NCBI RefSeq assembly: GCF_021869535.1
Contig: NW_026262712.1
Span: 9,176,001 to 9,240,000 of the forward strand
Source of the DNA: Mytilus californianus
Taxonomy: Eukaryota
DNA: 64,000 nt
Direction: 5' to 3'
A program made the translations under genes and the position numbers. Positions 1 through 14,864 of this stretch are shown here, one piece after another (the first letter of the stretch is position 1; the number at the start of each line of letters is the position of its first letter). A model generated the notes under the pieces. The model had not been told where the DNA came from and did no database searches. It worked only from the letters and a program-made list of their open reading frames with translations.

Positions 1-617
1 AGTGAAAGTAAACCGACAAAAATTTCAGTAGAGAATAAAGAAAAGGAAAGATCAGATAATGAGAGTCGACATATAAAATCTTCTACAGATGGAAATAGAA
101 AACAGGACATAAAACATGAAAATGACAGTCGGGAATATTCAGACAAATATAAACATTCAGAAAAACATAAACATCCGCATTCAGAAAAGCATACGCATGG
201 AATTTCAGAAAAACCTAAACATGGACAATCAGAGAGGCATAAACCTGGGAATTCAGAAAAGCATAAACATGGATATTCAGAAAAATCTGAACATGGATAT
301 TCAGAAAAATCTTAACATGGACAATCAAATAAGCATAAACATGGAAATTCAGAAAAGCATAAAGAAGTCAAAGGAGAAAATTCTGAAAAGTACAAGAATT
401 TTCCTGATAAAAGTGGTTCCAAAAAAGGAGATGATGACAAGCAAATGAAGAGGAAAACATTGCCAGTAAAAAGTCAAAGCACGATGACAAAACTGAAAAC
501 TGTGACAAAAAGAAAGATTCCATAAAAATAGATGAGACTGAAATGATATCTGTTGAGGTAAAGAAGAAAGAAAATAAAAAGGAAGAAAAACTGCATGAAC
601 CATAGAAGAAATTGGAG

Positions 618-3600
618 GAAAGCTTAAGTAATGCTTCTAATACTATAGAATTGACAATGAAATGTAAAATTTGTAAAGAAATCCATAGCTCTAAATCAGC
701 ATTAGAAAAGCACATGATCAGTGTACATAATACCAAATTGGGCCGTAAAAGATTTGGATGTAAACTTTGTACTCAATCTTTTGATACAACGTCTATTTTG
801 ATCAAACATATCGAATCGCACAAAGAGGAAAGAAAAAAAAGTGAAGAAAAAGGAAAGACAGAAACAGTCCAAACAAATAAAAGAGAAGGAAAAGGAAAGA
901 CAGAAACATTAGAAACAAAAACAAGAGAACAAAAAGGAAAGACAGAAGCAATAGAAAAAAAAATAAGAGAACAAAAAGGAAAGACAGAAACAAAAGAAAC
1001 AAAAACAAGAGAACAAAAAGGAAAGACAGAAACAGTGAAGATAAAAACAAGAGATCAAAAGGGAGAGACAGAAACAAAAATAAGAGAACATAAAGGAAAG
1101 ACAGAAACAAAAATAAGAGAACATAAAGGAAAGATAGAAACAGTAGAATCTAAAATAAGGAGAAAAAAATTGGCAATAAGTCATGTAAGTTACAAAAAGC
1201 AAGGAACAACCAAAATCACAGATAACATCATAAATTTCTATCTGAAGATGACTTGAACAGTGAAACAAGCTCAGTTATCATGACTCCGACATTTCCCGTG
1301 GAAAATACCGATGTAAACAAAAACTCTGAAAGAGATGTTTATAGAAAAAGTAAAAGAATGGAGGAAAGGAAAAAGAGCGAAGAGTCAGTAGTCGTGCCGA
1401 TTGATCCATCCCAGATCAAGACAGAACATCCTGACATCTTCGACATTGACTCCTTGGTCCATACTATTGATAGGAACTCTGAGATTTGTCCAAGGAAGTT
1501 CAATAGGTCGTACAGAGACATTGAAACAGAAATGATTATGACAGAAATTACTGGATCCCAGACTGGTTCCCCAGTTCAAAAAGAAACAGTTGTCAACATT
1601 AAAAAGGAGCCTAATAGTTCACCTATCAAAGGTTTGATGCAAATGGCAATGCAAAAAGGTTTAGAAGATAGTGACCAGTGGGGCAATTTCAGTGAATTTG
1701 ATATTGATAGTGTTGTTAATGTTGTCAATAGAAGAGACGAGGGGAGACAACTGGCAGATTGTCATGTAAATATTGTGAAAGTAGAAGACCAGGGGAGGCA
1801 ACTGGCTGATTGTCATGTAAATATTGTGAAAATAGAAGACCAAGGAAGGCAACTTGAAGATGGCATTGTAAATTTTGTGAATAGAGAAAACCATGGGAGA
1901 GAACTAGAAGATAGTAATATCACTATTGTGAAAGAAGAAATACAGGGGAGGCAACTAGAGGAAGAGGAATATTTACAGATGGATGATATTGAAGCTCTTG
2001 TTCATTATACAAATAGAAAATCGCATTCAGTCAGTCCTTCGAAGAACAATGCTTCTCAACAGCCATCATTGTCAGCTAAACCTAAAACAATTGTTGGCCT
2101 GCGACTGACAGATGACAACAAAGGAAGTAAATCTCCAAATAAAAAGGGAGATTACTCTTTATCATTATCACCACAAATGAAAAAGAACTATAAATTAAAA
2201 GACTGTTCTGTGGTTTTGGACACCGATAAAGACATTCAGTCTAAACTGCTGAATTAACAGAAAAATGCAGAGTCTGGAAAGGAAGACATGAACAGTAGTG
2301 TACATGTTTAAAGAAGTGGAGACATTTCTTATTTTAAGAATGTTGCAAAGAAACCCAAAATTGGTCCAAAATGCATGAAAAGACAAGACAAAGATGAAGT
2401 AAAAGATCACAAAAAGTCTAAATATGTTATTGACCACAAAGCCAAAGTTTTGAAACTGAATTTATCAAGGTTGGATAAAAATCTGGAAGCAAATGAGACT
2501 GATAAAGAGATTGAAAAAGAAGTGACAAAAAAGTTAGAAATTGAAAATGAAAGGAGAAAGGAGAAATCTCGTCCTAAACATGAGGAAAAATCTGAAAGTG
2601 AAAGTAAACCGACAAAAATTTCACTAGAGAATAAAGAAAAAGAAAGATAAAAAAATGAGAGTCGACATAAAAAATCTTCTACAGATGGAAATAGAAAATA
2701 GGACAAAAAACATGAAAATGACAGTCAGGAATATTCAGACAAACATAAACATTCTGAAAAACATAAACATCCGCATTCAGGAAAGCATACACATGGAATT
2801 TCAGAAAAACCTAAACATGGACAATCAGAGAAGCATAAACCTGGGAATGCAGAAAAGCATAAACATGGATATTCAGAAAAATCTGAACATGGATATTCAG
2901 AAAAATCTAAACATGGACAATCAGATAAGCATAAACATGGAAATTCAGAAAAGCATAAAGAAGTCAAAGGAGAAAATTCTGAAAAGTACAAGAATTTTCC
3001 TGATAAAAGTGGTTCCAAAAAAGGAGATGATGACAAGCAAATGAAATCATCAAAAAATGTAAAGAGGAAAGCAAATGAGACTGATAAAGAGATTGACAAA
3101 GAAGTGACAAAAAAGTTAGAAATTGAAAATGAAAGGAGAAAGGAGAAATCTCGTCCTATAAACATAAGGAAAAATCTGAAAGTGAAAGTAAACCGACAAA
3201 AATTTCAGTAGAGAATAAAGAAAAGGAAAGATCAGATAATGAGAGTCGACATATAAAATCTTCTACAGATGGAAATAGAAAACAGGACAGAAAACATGAA
3301 AATGACAGTCGGGAATATTCAGACAAACATAAACATTCAGAAAAACCTAAACATCCGCATTCAGGAAAGCATACGCATGGAATTTCAGAAAAACCTAAAC
3401 ATGGACAATCAGAGAAGCATAAACCTGGGAATTCAGAAAAGCATAAACATGGATATTCAGAAAAATCTGAACATGGATATTCAGAAAAATCTTAACATGG
3501 ACAATCAAATAAGCATAAACATGGAAATTCAGAAAAGCATAAAGAAGTCAAAGGAGAAAATTCTGAAAAGTACAAGAATTTTCCTGATAAAAGTGGTTCC

Positions 3601-3797
3601 AAAAAAGGAGATGATGACAAGCAAATGAAGAGGAAAACATTGCCAGTAAAAAGTCAAAGCAAGATGACAAAACTGAAAACTGTGACAAAAAGAAAGATTC
3701 CATAAAAAGACCTGAGACTGAAATGATATCTGTTGAGGTAAAGAAGAAAGAAAATGAAAAGGAAGAAAAACTGCATGAACCATCGAAGAAATTGGAG
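618..3797 (+). pseudogene. Representative unit: disrupted large exon encoding two C2H2 zinc fingers, KGKTETK(I/T)RE(Q/H) repeats, 17-aa GRQLADCHVNIVKVEDQ repeats and 8-aa KHGxSEKx repeats
   Basis: Consecutive ORF pieces 612..1256, 1253..2257 and 2375..2650 join by single frameshifts or stops into one long frame. Every unit has at least one stop or frameshift. Confidence 0.85.
663..821 (+). CDS. Tandem C2H2 zinc-finger pair (first copy; repeated in all 12 units)
   Basis: CKICKEIHSSKSALEKHMISVH (C-x2-C-x12-H-x4-H) and CKLCTQSFDTTSILIKHIESH (C-x2-C-x12-H-x3-H). Confidence 0.85.
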
Positions 3798-6700
3798 GAA
3801 AGCTTAAGTAATGCTTCTAATACTATAGAATTGACAATGAAATGTAAACTTTGTAAAGAAATCCATAGCTCTAAATCAGCATTAGAAAAGCACATGATCA
3901 GTGTACATAATACCAAATTGGGCCGTAAAAGATTTGGATGTAAACTTTGTACTCAATCTTTTGATACAACGTCTATTTTGATCAAACATATCGAATCGCA
4001 CAAAGAGGAAAGAAAAAAAAGTGAAGAAAAAGGAAAGACAGAAACAGTCCAAACAAATAAAAGAGAAGGAAAAGGAAAGACAGAAACATTAGAAACAAAA
4101 ACAAGAGAACAAAAAGGAAAGACAGAAACAATAGAAACAAAAATAAGAGAACAAAAAAGAAAGACAGAAACAAAAGAAACATAAACAAGAGAAGAAAAAG
4201 GAAAGACAGAAACAGTGAAAATAAAAACAAGAGAACAAAAGGGAGAGACAGAAACAAAAATAAGAGAACATAAAGGAAAGACAGAAACAAAAATAAGAGA
4301 ACATAAAGGAAAGATAGAAACAGTAGAATCTAAAATAAGGAGAAAAAAATTGGCAATAAGTCATGTAAGTTACAAAAAGCAAGGAACAACCAAAATCACA
4401 GATGACATCATAAATTTCTATCTGAAGATGACTTGAACAGTGAAACAAGCTCAGTTATCATGACTCCGACATTTCCCATGGAAAATACCGATGTAAACAA
4501 AAACTCTGAAAGAGATGTTTATAGAAAAAGTAAAAGAATGGAGGAAAGGAAAAAGAGCGAAGAGTCAGTAGTCGTGCCGATTGATCCATCCCAGATCAAG
4601 ACAGAACATCCTGACATCTTCGACATTGACTCCTTGGTCCATACTATTGATAGGAACTCTGAGATTTGTCCAAGGAAGTTCAATAGGTCGTACAGAGACA
4701 TTGAAACAGAAATGATTATGACAGAAATTACTGGATCCCAGACTGGTTCCCCAGTTCAAAAAGAAACAGTTGTCAACATTAAAAAGGAGCCTAATAGTTC
4801 ACCTATCAAAGGTTTGATGCAAATGGCAATGCAAAAAGGTTTAGAAGATAGTGACCAGTGGGGCAATTTCAGTGAATTTGATATTGATAGTGTTGTTAAT
4901 GTTGTCAATAGAAGAGACGAGGGGAGACAACTGGCAGATTGTCATGTAAATATTGTGAAAGTAGAAGACCAGGGGAGGCAACTGGCTGATTGTCATGTAA
5001 ATATTGTGAAAATAGAAGACCAAGGAAGGCAACTTGAAGATGGCATTGTAAATTTTGTGAATAGAGAAAACCATGGGAGAGAACTAGAAGATAGTAATAT
5101 CACTATTGTGAAAGAAGAAATACAGGGGAGGCAACTAGAGGAAGAGGAATATTTACAGATGGATGATATTGAAGCTCTTGTTCATTATACAAATAGAAAA
5201 TCGCATTCAGTCAGTCCTTCGAAGAACAATGCTTCTCAACAGCCATCATTGTCAGCTAAACCTAAAACAATTGTTGGCCTGCGACTGACAGATGACAACA
5301 AAGGAAGTAAATCTCCAAATAAAAAGGGAGATTACTCTTTATCATTATCACCACAAATGAAAAAGAACTATAAATTAAAAGACTGTTCTGTGGTTTTGGA
5401 CACCGATAAAGACATTCAGTCTAAACTGCTGAATTAACAGAAAAATGCAGAGTCTGGAAAGGAAGACATGAACAGTAGTGTACATGTTTAAAGAGAAGTG
5501 GAGACATTTCTTATTTTAAGAATGTTGCAAAGAAACCCAAAATTGGTCCAAAATGCATGAAAAGACAAGACAAAGATGAAGTAAAAGATCACAAAAAGTC
5601 TAAATATGTTATTGACCACAAAGCCAAAGTTTTGAAACTGAATTTATCAAGGTTGGATAAAAATCTGGAAGCAAATGAGACTGATAAAGAGATTGAAAAA
5701 GAAGTGACAAAAAAGTTAGAAATTGAAAATGAAAGGAGAAAGGAGAAATCTCGTCCTAAACATGAGGAAAAATCTGAAAGTGAAAGTAAACCGACAAAAA
5801 TTTCACTAGAGAATAAAGAAAAAGAAAGATAAAAAAATGAGAGTCGACATAAAAAATCTTCTACAGATGGAAATAGAAAATAGGACAAAAAACATGAAAA
5901 TGACAGTCAGGAATATTCAGACAAACATAAACATTCTGAAAAACATAAACATCCGCATTCAGGAAAGCATACACATGGAATTTCAGAAAAACCTAAACAT
6001 GGACAATCAGAGAAGCATAAACCTGGGAATGCAGAAAAGCATAAACATGGATATTCAGAAAAATCTGAACATGGATATTCAGAAAAATCTAAACATGGAC
6101 AATCAGATAAGCATAAACATGGAAATTCAGAAAAGCATAAAGAAGTCAAAGGAGAAAATTCTGAAAAGTACAAGAATTTTCCTGATAAAAGTGGTTCCAA
6201 AAAAGGAGATGATGACAAGCAAATGAAATCATCAAAAAATGTAAAGAGGAAAGCAAATGAGACTGATAAAGAGATTGACAAAGAAGTGACAAAAAAGTTA
6301 GAAATTGAAAATGAAAGGAGAAAGGAGAAATCTCGTCCTATAAACATAAGGAAAAATCTGAAAGTGAAAGTAAACCGACAAAAATTTCAGTAGAGAATAA
6401 AGAAAAGGAAAGATCAGATAATGAGAGTCGACATATAAAATCTTCTACAGATGGAAATAGAAAACAGGACAGAAAACATGAAAATGACAGTCGGGAATAT
6501 TCAGACAAACATAAACATTCAGAAAAACCTAAACATCCGCATTCAGGAAAGCATACGCATGGAATTTCAGAAAAACCTAAACATGGACAATCAGAGAAGC
6601 ATAAACCTGGGAATTCAGAAAAGCATAAACATGGATATTCAGAAAAATCTGAACATGGATATTCAGAAAAATCTTAACATGGACAATCAAATAAGCATAA

Positions 6701-9700
6701 ACATGGAAATTCAGAAAAGCATAAAGAAGTCAAAGGAGAAAATTCTGAAAAGTACAAGAATTTTCCTGATAAAAGTGGTTCCAAAAAAGGAGATGATGAC
6801 AAGCAAATGAAGAGGAAAACATTGCCAGTAAAAAGTCAAAGCAAGATGACAAAACTGAAAACTGTGACAAAAAGAAAGATTCCATAAAAAGACCTGAGAC
6901 TGAAATGATATCTGTTGAGGTAAAGAAGAAAGAAAATGAAAAGGAAGAAAAACTGCATGAACCATCGAAGAAATTGGAGGAAAGCTTAAGTAATGCTTCT
7001 AATACTATAGAATTGACAATGAAATGTAAACTTTGTAAAGAAATCCATAGCTCTAAATCAGCATTAGAAAAGCACATGATCAGTGTACATAATACCAAAT
7101 TGGGCCGTAAAAGATTTGGATGTAAACTTTGTACTCAATCTTTTGATACAACGTCTATTTTGATCAAACATATCGAATCGCACAAAGAGGAAAGAAAAAA
7201 AAGTGAAGAAAAAGGAAAGACAGAAACAGTCCAAACAAATAAAAGAGAAGGAAAAGGAAAGACAGAAACATTAGAAACAAAAACAAGAGAACAAAAAGGA
7301 AAGACAGAAACAATAGAAACAAAAATAAGAGAACAAAAAAGAAAGACAGAAACAAAAGAAACATAAACAAGAGAAGAAAAAGGAAAGACAGAAACAGTGA
7401 AAATAAAAACAAGAGAACAAAAGGGAGAGACAGAAACAAAAATAAGAGAACATAAAGGAAAGACAGAAACAAAAATAAGAGAACATAAAGGAAAGATAGA
7501 AACAGTAGAATCTAAAATAAGGAGAAAAAAATTGGCAATAAGTCATGTAAGTTACAAAAAGCAAGGAACAACCAAAATCACAGATGACATCATAAATTTC
7601 TATCTGAAGATGACTTGAACAGTGAAACAAGCTCAGTTATCATGACTCCGACATTTCCCATGGAAAATACCGATGTAAACAAAAACTCTGAAAGAGATGT
7701 TTATAGAAAAAGTAAAAGAATGGAGGAAAGGAAAAAGAGCGAAGAGTCAGTAGTCGTGCCGATTGATCCATCCCAGATCAAGACAGAACATCCTGACATC
7801 TTCGACATTGACTCCTTGGTCCATACTATTGATAGGAACTCTGAGATTTGTCCAAGGAAGTTCAATAGGTCGTACAGAGACATTGAAACAGAAATGATTA
7901 TGACAGAAATTACTGGATCCCAGACTGGTTCCCCAGTTCAAAAAGAAACAGTTGTCAACATTAAAAAGGAGCCTAATAGTTCACCTATCAAAGGTTTGAT
8001 GCAAATGGCAATGCAAAAAGGTTTAGAAGATAGTGACCAGTGGGGCAATTTCAGTGAATTTGATATTGATAGTGTTGTTAATGTTGTCAATAGAAGAGAC
8101 GAGGGGAGACAACTGGCAGATTGTCATGTAAATATTGTGAAAGTAGAAGACCAGGGGAGGCAACTGGCTGATTGTCATGTAAATATTGAGAAAATAGAAG
8201 ACCAAGGAAGGCAACTTGAAGATGGCATTGTAAATTTTGTGAATAGAGAAAACCATGGGAGAGAACTAGAAGATAGTAATATCACTATTGTGAAAGAAGA
8301 AATACAGGGGAGGCAACTAGAGGAAGAGGAATATTTACAGATGGATGATATTGAAGCTCTTGTTCATTATACAAATAGAAAATCGCATTCAGTCAGTCCT
8401 TCGAAGAACAATGCTTCTCAACAGCCATCATTGTCAGCTAAACCTAAAACAATTGTTGGCCTGCGACTGACAGATGACAACAAAGGAAGTAAATCTCCAA
8501 ATAAAAAGGGAGATTACTCTTTATCATTATCACCACAAATGAAAAAGAACTATAAATTAAAAGACTGTTCTGTGGTTTTGGACACCGATAAAGACATTCA
8601 GTCTAAACTGCTGAATTAACAGAAAAATGCAGAGTCTGGAAAGGAAGACATGAACAGTAGTGTACATGTTTAAAGAGAAGTGGAGACATTTCTTATTTTA
8701 AGAATGTTGCAAAGAAACCCAAAATTGGTCCAAAATGCATGAAAAGACAAGACAAAGATGAAGTAAAAGATCACAAAAAGTCTAAATTTGTTATTGACCA
8801 CAAAGCCAAAGTTTTGAAACTGAATTTATCAAGGTTGGATAAAAATCTGGAAGCAAATGAGACTGATAAAGAGATTGAAAAAGAAGTGACAAAAAAGTTA
8901 GAAATTGAAAATGAAAGGAGAAAGGAGAAATCTCGTCCTAAACATGAGGAAAAATCTGAAAGTGAAAGTAAACCGACAAAAATTTCACTAGAGAATAAAG
9001 AAAAAGAAAGATAAAAAAATGAGAGTCGACATAAAAAATCTTCTACAGATGGAAATAGAAAATAGGACAAAAAACATGAAAATGACAGTCAGGAATATTC
9101 AGACAAACATAAACATTCTGAAAAACATAAACATCCGCATTCAGGAAAGCATACACATGGAATTTCAGAAAAACCTAAACATGGACAATCAGAGAAGCAT
9201 AAACCTGGGAATGCAGAAAAGCATAAACATGGATATTCAGAAAAATCTGAACATGGATATTCAGAAAAATCTAAACATGGACAATCAGATAAGCATAAAC
9301 ATGGAAATTCAGAAAAGCATAAAGAAGTCAAAGGAGAAAATTCTGAAAAGTACAAGAATTTTCCTGATAAAAGTGGTTCCAAAAAAGGAGATGATGACAA
9401 GCAAATGAAATCATCAAAAAATGTAAAGAGGAAAGCAAATGAGACTGATAAAGAGATTGACAAAGAAGTGACAAAAAAGTTAGAAATTGAAAATGAAAGG
9501 AGAAAGGAGAAATCTCGTCCTATAAACATAAGGAAAAATCTGAAAGTGAAAGTAAACCGACAAAAATTTCAGTAGAGAATAAAGAAAAGGAAAGATCAGA
9601 TAATGAGAGTCGACATATAAAATCTTCTACAGATGGAAATAGAAAACAGGACAGAAAACATGAAAATGACAGTCGGGAATATTCAGACAAACATAAACAT

Positions 9701-12700
9701 TCAGAAAAACCTAAACATCCGCATTCAGGAAAGCATACGCATGGAATTTCAGAAAAACCTAAACATGGACAATCAGAGAAGCATAAACCTGGGAATTCAG
9801 AAAAGCATAAACATGGATATTCAGAAAAATCTGAACATGGATATTCAGAAAAATCTTAACATGGACAATCAAATAAGCATAAACATGGAAATTCAGAAAA
9901 GCATAAAGAAGTCAAAGGAGAAAATTCTGAAAAGTACAAGAATTTTCCTGATAAAAGTTGTTCCAAAAAAGGAGATGATGACAAGCAAATGAAGAGGAAA
10001 ACATTGCCAGTAAAAAGTCAAAGCAAGATGACAAAACTGAAAACTGTGACAAAAAGAAAGATTCCATAAAAAGACCTGAGACTGAAATGATATCTGTTGA
10101 GGTAAAGAAGAAAGAAAATAAAAAGGAAGAAAAACTGCATGAACCATCGAAGAAATTGGAGGAAAGCTTAAGTAATGCTTCTAATACTATAGAATTGACA
10201 ATGAAATGTAAACTTTGTAAAGAAATCCATAGCTCTAAATCAGCATTAGAAAAGCACATGATCAGTGTACATAATACCAAATTGGGCCGTAAAAGATTTG
10301 GATGTAAACTTTGTACTCAATCTTTTGATACAACGTCTATTTTGATCAAACATATCGAATCGCACAAAGAGGAAAGAAAAAAAAGTGAAGAAAAAGGAAA
10401 GACAGAAACAGTCCAAACAAATAAAAGAGAAGGAAAAGGAAAGACAGAAACATTAGAAACAAAAACAAGAGAACAAAAAGGAAAGACAGAAACAATAGAA
10501 ACAAAAATAAGAGAACAAAAAAGAAAGACAGAAACAAAAGAAACATAAACAAGAGAAGAAAAAGGAAAGACAGAAACAGTGAAAATAAAAACAAGAGAAC
10601 AAAAGGGAGAGACAGAAACAAAAATAAGAGAACATAAAGGAAAGACAGAAACAAAAATAAGAGAACATAAAGGAAAGATAGAAACAGTAGAATCTAAAAT
10701 AAGGAGAAAAAAATTGGCAATAAGTCATGTAAGTTACAAAAAGCAAGGAACAACCAAAATCACAGATGACATCATAAATTTCTATCTGAAGATGACTTGA
10801 ACAGTGAAACAAGCTCAGTTATCATGACTCCGACATTTCCCGTGGAAAATACCGATGTAAACAAAAACTCTGAAAGAGATGTTTATAGAAAAAGTAAAAG
10901 AATGGAGGAAAGGAAAAAGAGCGAAGAGTCAGTAGTCGTGCCGATTGATCCATCCCAGATCAAGACAGAACATCCTGACATCTTCGACATTGACTCCTTG
11001 GTCCATACTATTGATAGGAACTCTGAGATTTGTCCAAGGAAGTTCAATAGGTCGTACAGAGACATTGAAACAGAAATGATTATGACAGAAATTACTGGAT
11101 CCCAGACTGGTTCCCCAGTTCAAAAAGAAACAGTTGTCAACATTAAAAAGGAGCCTAATAGTTCACCTATCAAAGGTTTGATGCAAATGGCAATGCAAAA
11201 AGGTTTAGAAGATAGTGACCAGTGGGGCAATTTCAGTGAATTTGATATTGATAGTGTTGTTAATGTTGTCAATAGAAGAGACGAGGGGAGACAACTGGCA
11301 GATTGTCATGTAAATATTGTGAAAGTAGAAGACCAGGGGAGGCAACTGGCTGATTGTCATGTAAATATTGTGAAAATAGAAGACCAAGGAAGGCAACTTG
11401 AAGATGGCATTGTAAATTTTGTGAATAGAGAAAACCATGGGAGAGAACTAGAAGATAGTAATATCACTATTGTGAAAGAAGAAATACAGGGGAGGCAACT
11501 AGAGGAAGAGGAATATTTACAGATGGATGATATTGAAGCTCTTGTTCATTATACAAATAGAAAATCGCATTCAGTCAGTCCTTCGAAGAACAATGCTTCT
11601 CAACAGCCATCATTGTCAGCTAAACCTAAAACAATTGTTGGCCTGCGACTGACAGATGACAACAAAGGAAGTAAATCTCCAAATAAAAAGGGAGATTACT
11701 CTTTATCATTATCACCACAAATGAAAAAGAACTATAAATTAAAAGACTGTTCTGTGGTTTTGGACACCGATAAAGACATTCAGTCTAAACTGCTGAATTA
11801 ACAGAAAAATGCAGAGTCTGGAAAGGAAGACATGAACAGTAGTGTACATGTTTAAAGAGAAGTGGAGACATTTCTTATTTTAAGAATGTTGCAAAGAAAC
11901 CCAAAATTGGTCCAAAATGCATGAAAAGACAAGACAAAGATGAAGTAAAAGATCACAAAAAGTCTAAATTTGTTATTGACCACAAAGCCAAAGTTTTGAA
12001 ACTGAATTTATCAAGGTTGGATAAAAATCTGGAAGCAAATGAGACTGATAAAGAGATTGAAAAAGAAGTGACAAAAAAGTTAGAAATTGAAAATGAAAGG
12101 AGAAAGGAGAAATCTCGTCCTAAACATGAGGAAAAATCTGAAAGTGAAAGTAAACCGACAAAAATTTCACTAGAGAATAAAGAAAAAGAAAGATAAAAAA
12201 ATGAGAGTCGACATAAAAAATCTTCTACAGATGGAAATAGAAAATAGGACAGAAAACATGAAAATGACAGTCGGGAATATTCAGACAAACATAAACATTC
12301 TGAAAAACATAAACATCCGCATTCAGGAAAGCATACACATGGAATTTCAGAAAAACCTAAACATGGACAATCAGAGAAGCATAAACCTGGGAATGCAGAA
12401 AAGCATAAACATGGATATTCAGAAAAATCTGAACATGAAACATGGACAATCAGATAAGCATAAACATGGAAATTCAGAAAAGCATAAAGAAGTCAAAGGA
12501 GAAAATTCTGAAAAGTACAAGAATTTTCCTGATAAAAGTGGTTCCAAAAAAGGAGATGATGACAAGCAAATGAAATCATCAAAAAATGTAAAGAGGAAAG
12601 CAAATGAGACTGATAAAGAGATTGACAAAGAAGTGACAAAAAAGTTAGAAATTGAAAATGAAAGGAGAAAGGAGAAATCTCGTCCTATAAACATAAGGAA

Positions 12701-14864
12701 AAATCTGAAAGTGAAAGTAAACCGACAAAAATTTCAGTAGAGAATAAAGAAAAGGAAAGATCAGATAATGAGAGTCGACATATAAAATCTTCTACAGATG
12801 GAAATAGAAAACAGGACAGAAAACATGAAAATGACAGTCGGGAATATTCAGACAAACATAAACATTCAGAAAAACCTAAACATCCGCATTCAGGAAAGCA
12901 TACGCATGGAATTTCAGAAAAACCTAAACATGGACAATCAGAGAAGCATAAACCTGGGAATTCAGAAAAGCATAAACATGGATATTCAGAAAAATCTTAA
13001 CATGGACAATCAAATAAGCATAAACATGGAAATTCAGAAAAGCATAAAGAAGTCAAAGGAGAAAATTCTGAAAAGTACAAGAATTTTCCTGATAAAAGTG
13101 GTTCCAAAAAAGGAGATGATGACAAGCAAATGAAGAGGAAAACATTGCCAGTAAAAAGTCAAAGCAAGATGACAAAACTGAAAACTGTGACAAAAAGAAA
13201 GATTCCATAAAAAGACCTGAGACTAAAATGATATCTGTTGAGGTAAAGAAGAAAGAAAATAAAAAGGAAGAAAAACTGCATGAACCATCGAAGAAATTGG
13301 AGGAAAGCTTAAGTAATGCTTCTAATACTATAGAATTGACAATGAAATGTAAACTTTGTAAAGAAATCCATAGCTCTAAATCAGCATTAGAAAAGCACAT
13401 GATCAGTGTACATAATACCAAATTGGGCCGTAAAAGATTTGGATGTAAACTTTGTACTCAATCTTTTGATACAACGTCTATTTTGATCAAACATATCGAA
13501 TCGCACAAAGAGGAAAGAAAAAAAAGTGAAGAAAAAGGAAAGACAGAAACAGTCCAAACAAATAAAAGAGAAGGAAAAGGAAAGACAGAAACATTAGAAA
13601 CAAAAACAAGAGAACAAAAAGGAAAGACAGAAACAATAGAAACAAAAATAAGAGAACAAAAAAGAAAGACAGAAACAAAAGAAACATAAACAAGAGAAGA
13701 AAAAGGAAAGACAGAAACAGTGAAAATAAAAACAAGAGAACAAAAGGGAGAGACAGAAACAAAAATAAGAGAACATAAAGGAAAGACAGAAACAAAAATA
13801 AGAGAACATAAAGGAAAGATAGAAACGGTAGAATCTAAAATAAGGAGAGAAAAATTGGCAATAAGTCATGTAAGTGACAAAAAGGAAGGAACAACCAAAA
13901 TCACAGATGACATCAAAAAAATTTCTATCTGAAGATGACTTGAACAGTGAAACAAGCTCAGTTACTGGTATCATGACTCCGACATTTCCGGTTGCAAATA
14001 CCGATGTAAACAAAAACTCTGAAAGAGATATTTATAGAAAAAGTAAAAGAATGGAGGAAAGGAGAATCAGTAGTTGTGCCGATTGATCCATCCCAGATCA
14101 AGACAGAACATCCTGACATCTTTGACATTGACTCCTTGGTCCATACTATTAATAGGAACTGTGAGATTTGTCCAAGGAAGTTCAATAGGTCGTACAGAGA
14201 CATTGAAACAGAAATGATTATGACAGAAATTACTGGATCCCAGACTGGTTCCCCAGTTCAAAAAGAAACAGTTGTCAACATTAAAAAGGAGCCTAATAGT
14301 TCACCTATCAAAGGTTTGATGCAAATGGCAATGCAAAAAGGTTTAGAAGATAGTGACCAGTGGGGCGATTTCAGTGAATTTGATATTGATAGTGTTGTTA
14401 ATGTTGTCAATAGAAGAGACGAGGGGAGACAACTGGCAGATTGTCATGTAAATATTGTGAAAGTAGAAGACCAGGGGAGGCAACTGGCTGATTGTCATGT
14501 AAATATTGTGAAAATAGAAGACCAAGGAAGACAACTTGAAGATGGCATTGTAAATTTTGTGAATAGAGAAAACCATGGGAGAGAACTAGAAGATAGTAAT
14601 ATCACTATTGTGAAAGAAGAAATACAGGGGAGGCAACTAGAGGAAGAGGCATATTTACAGATGGATGATATTGAAGCTCTTGTTCATTATACAAATAGAA
14701 AATCGCATTCAGTCAGTCCTTCGAAGAACAATGCTTCTCAACAGCCATCATTGTCAGCTTAACCTAAAACAATTGTTGGCCTGCGATTGACAGATGACAA
14801 CAAAGGAAGTGAATCTCCAAATAAAAAGGGAGAAAACTCTTTATCATTATCACCAAAAATGAAA

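Larger units (their letters stand above)
618..13302 (+). repeat. Type A units (3180, 3182, 3182, 3141 bp) with an internal ~582-bp duplication
   Basis: The segment starting AAGCAAATGAGACTGATAAAG occurs twice per unit (2487 and 3069). Type A also has its own stops, e.g. GAAACATAAACAAG, CTGAATTAACAG and GAAAGATAAAAA. Confidence 0.93.

Noticed and set aside
170-360. 24-bp repeats that look superficially CRISPR-like
   Set aside because: There are no unique spacers. They are coding minisatellites (KHGxSEKx) in a eukaryotic exon, and no cas genes are present.
1253-2257. 334-aa ORF as a stand-alone gene (and its copies)
   Set aside because: It starts at TTG right after a frameshift and is a fragment of the larger broken exon.
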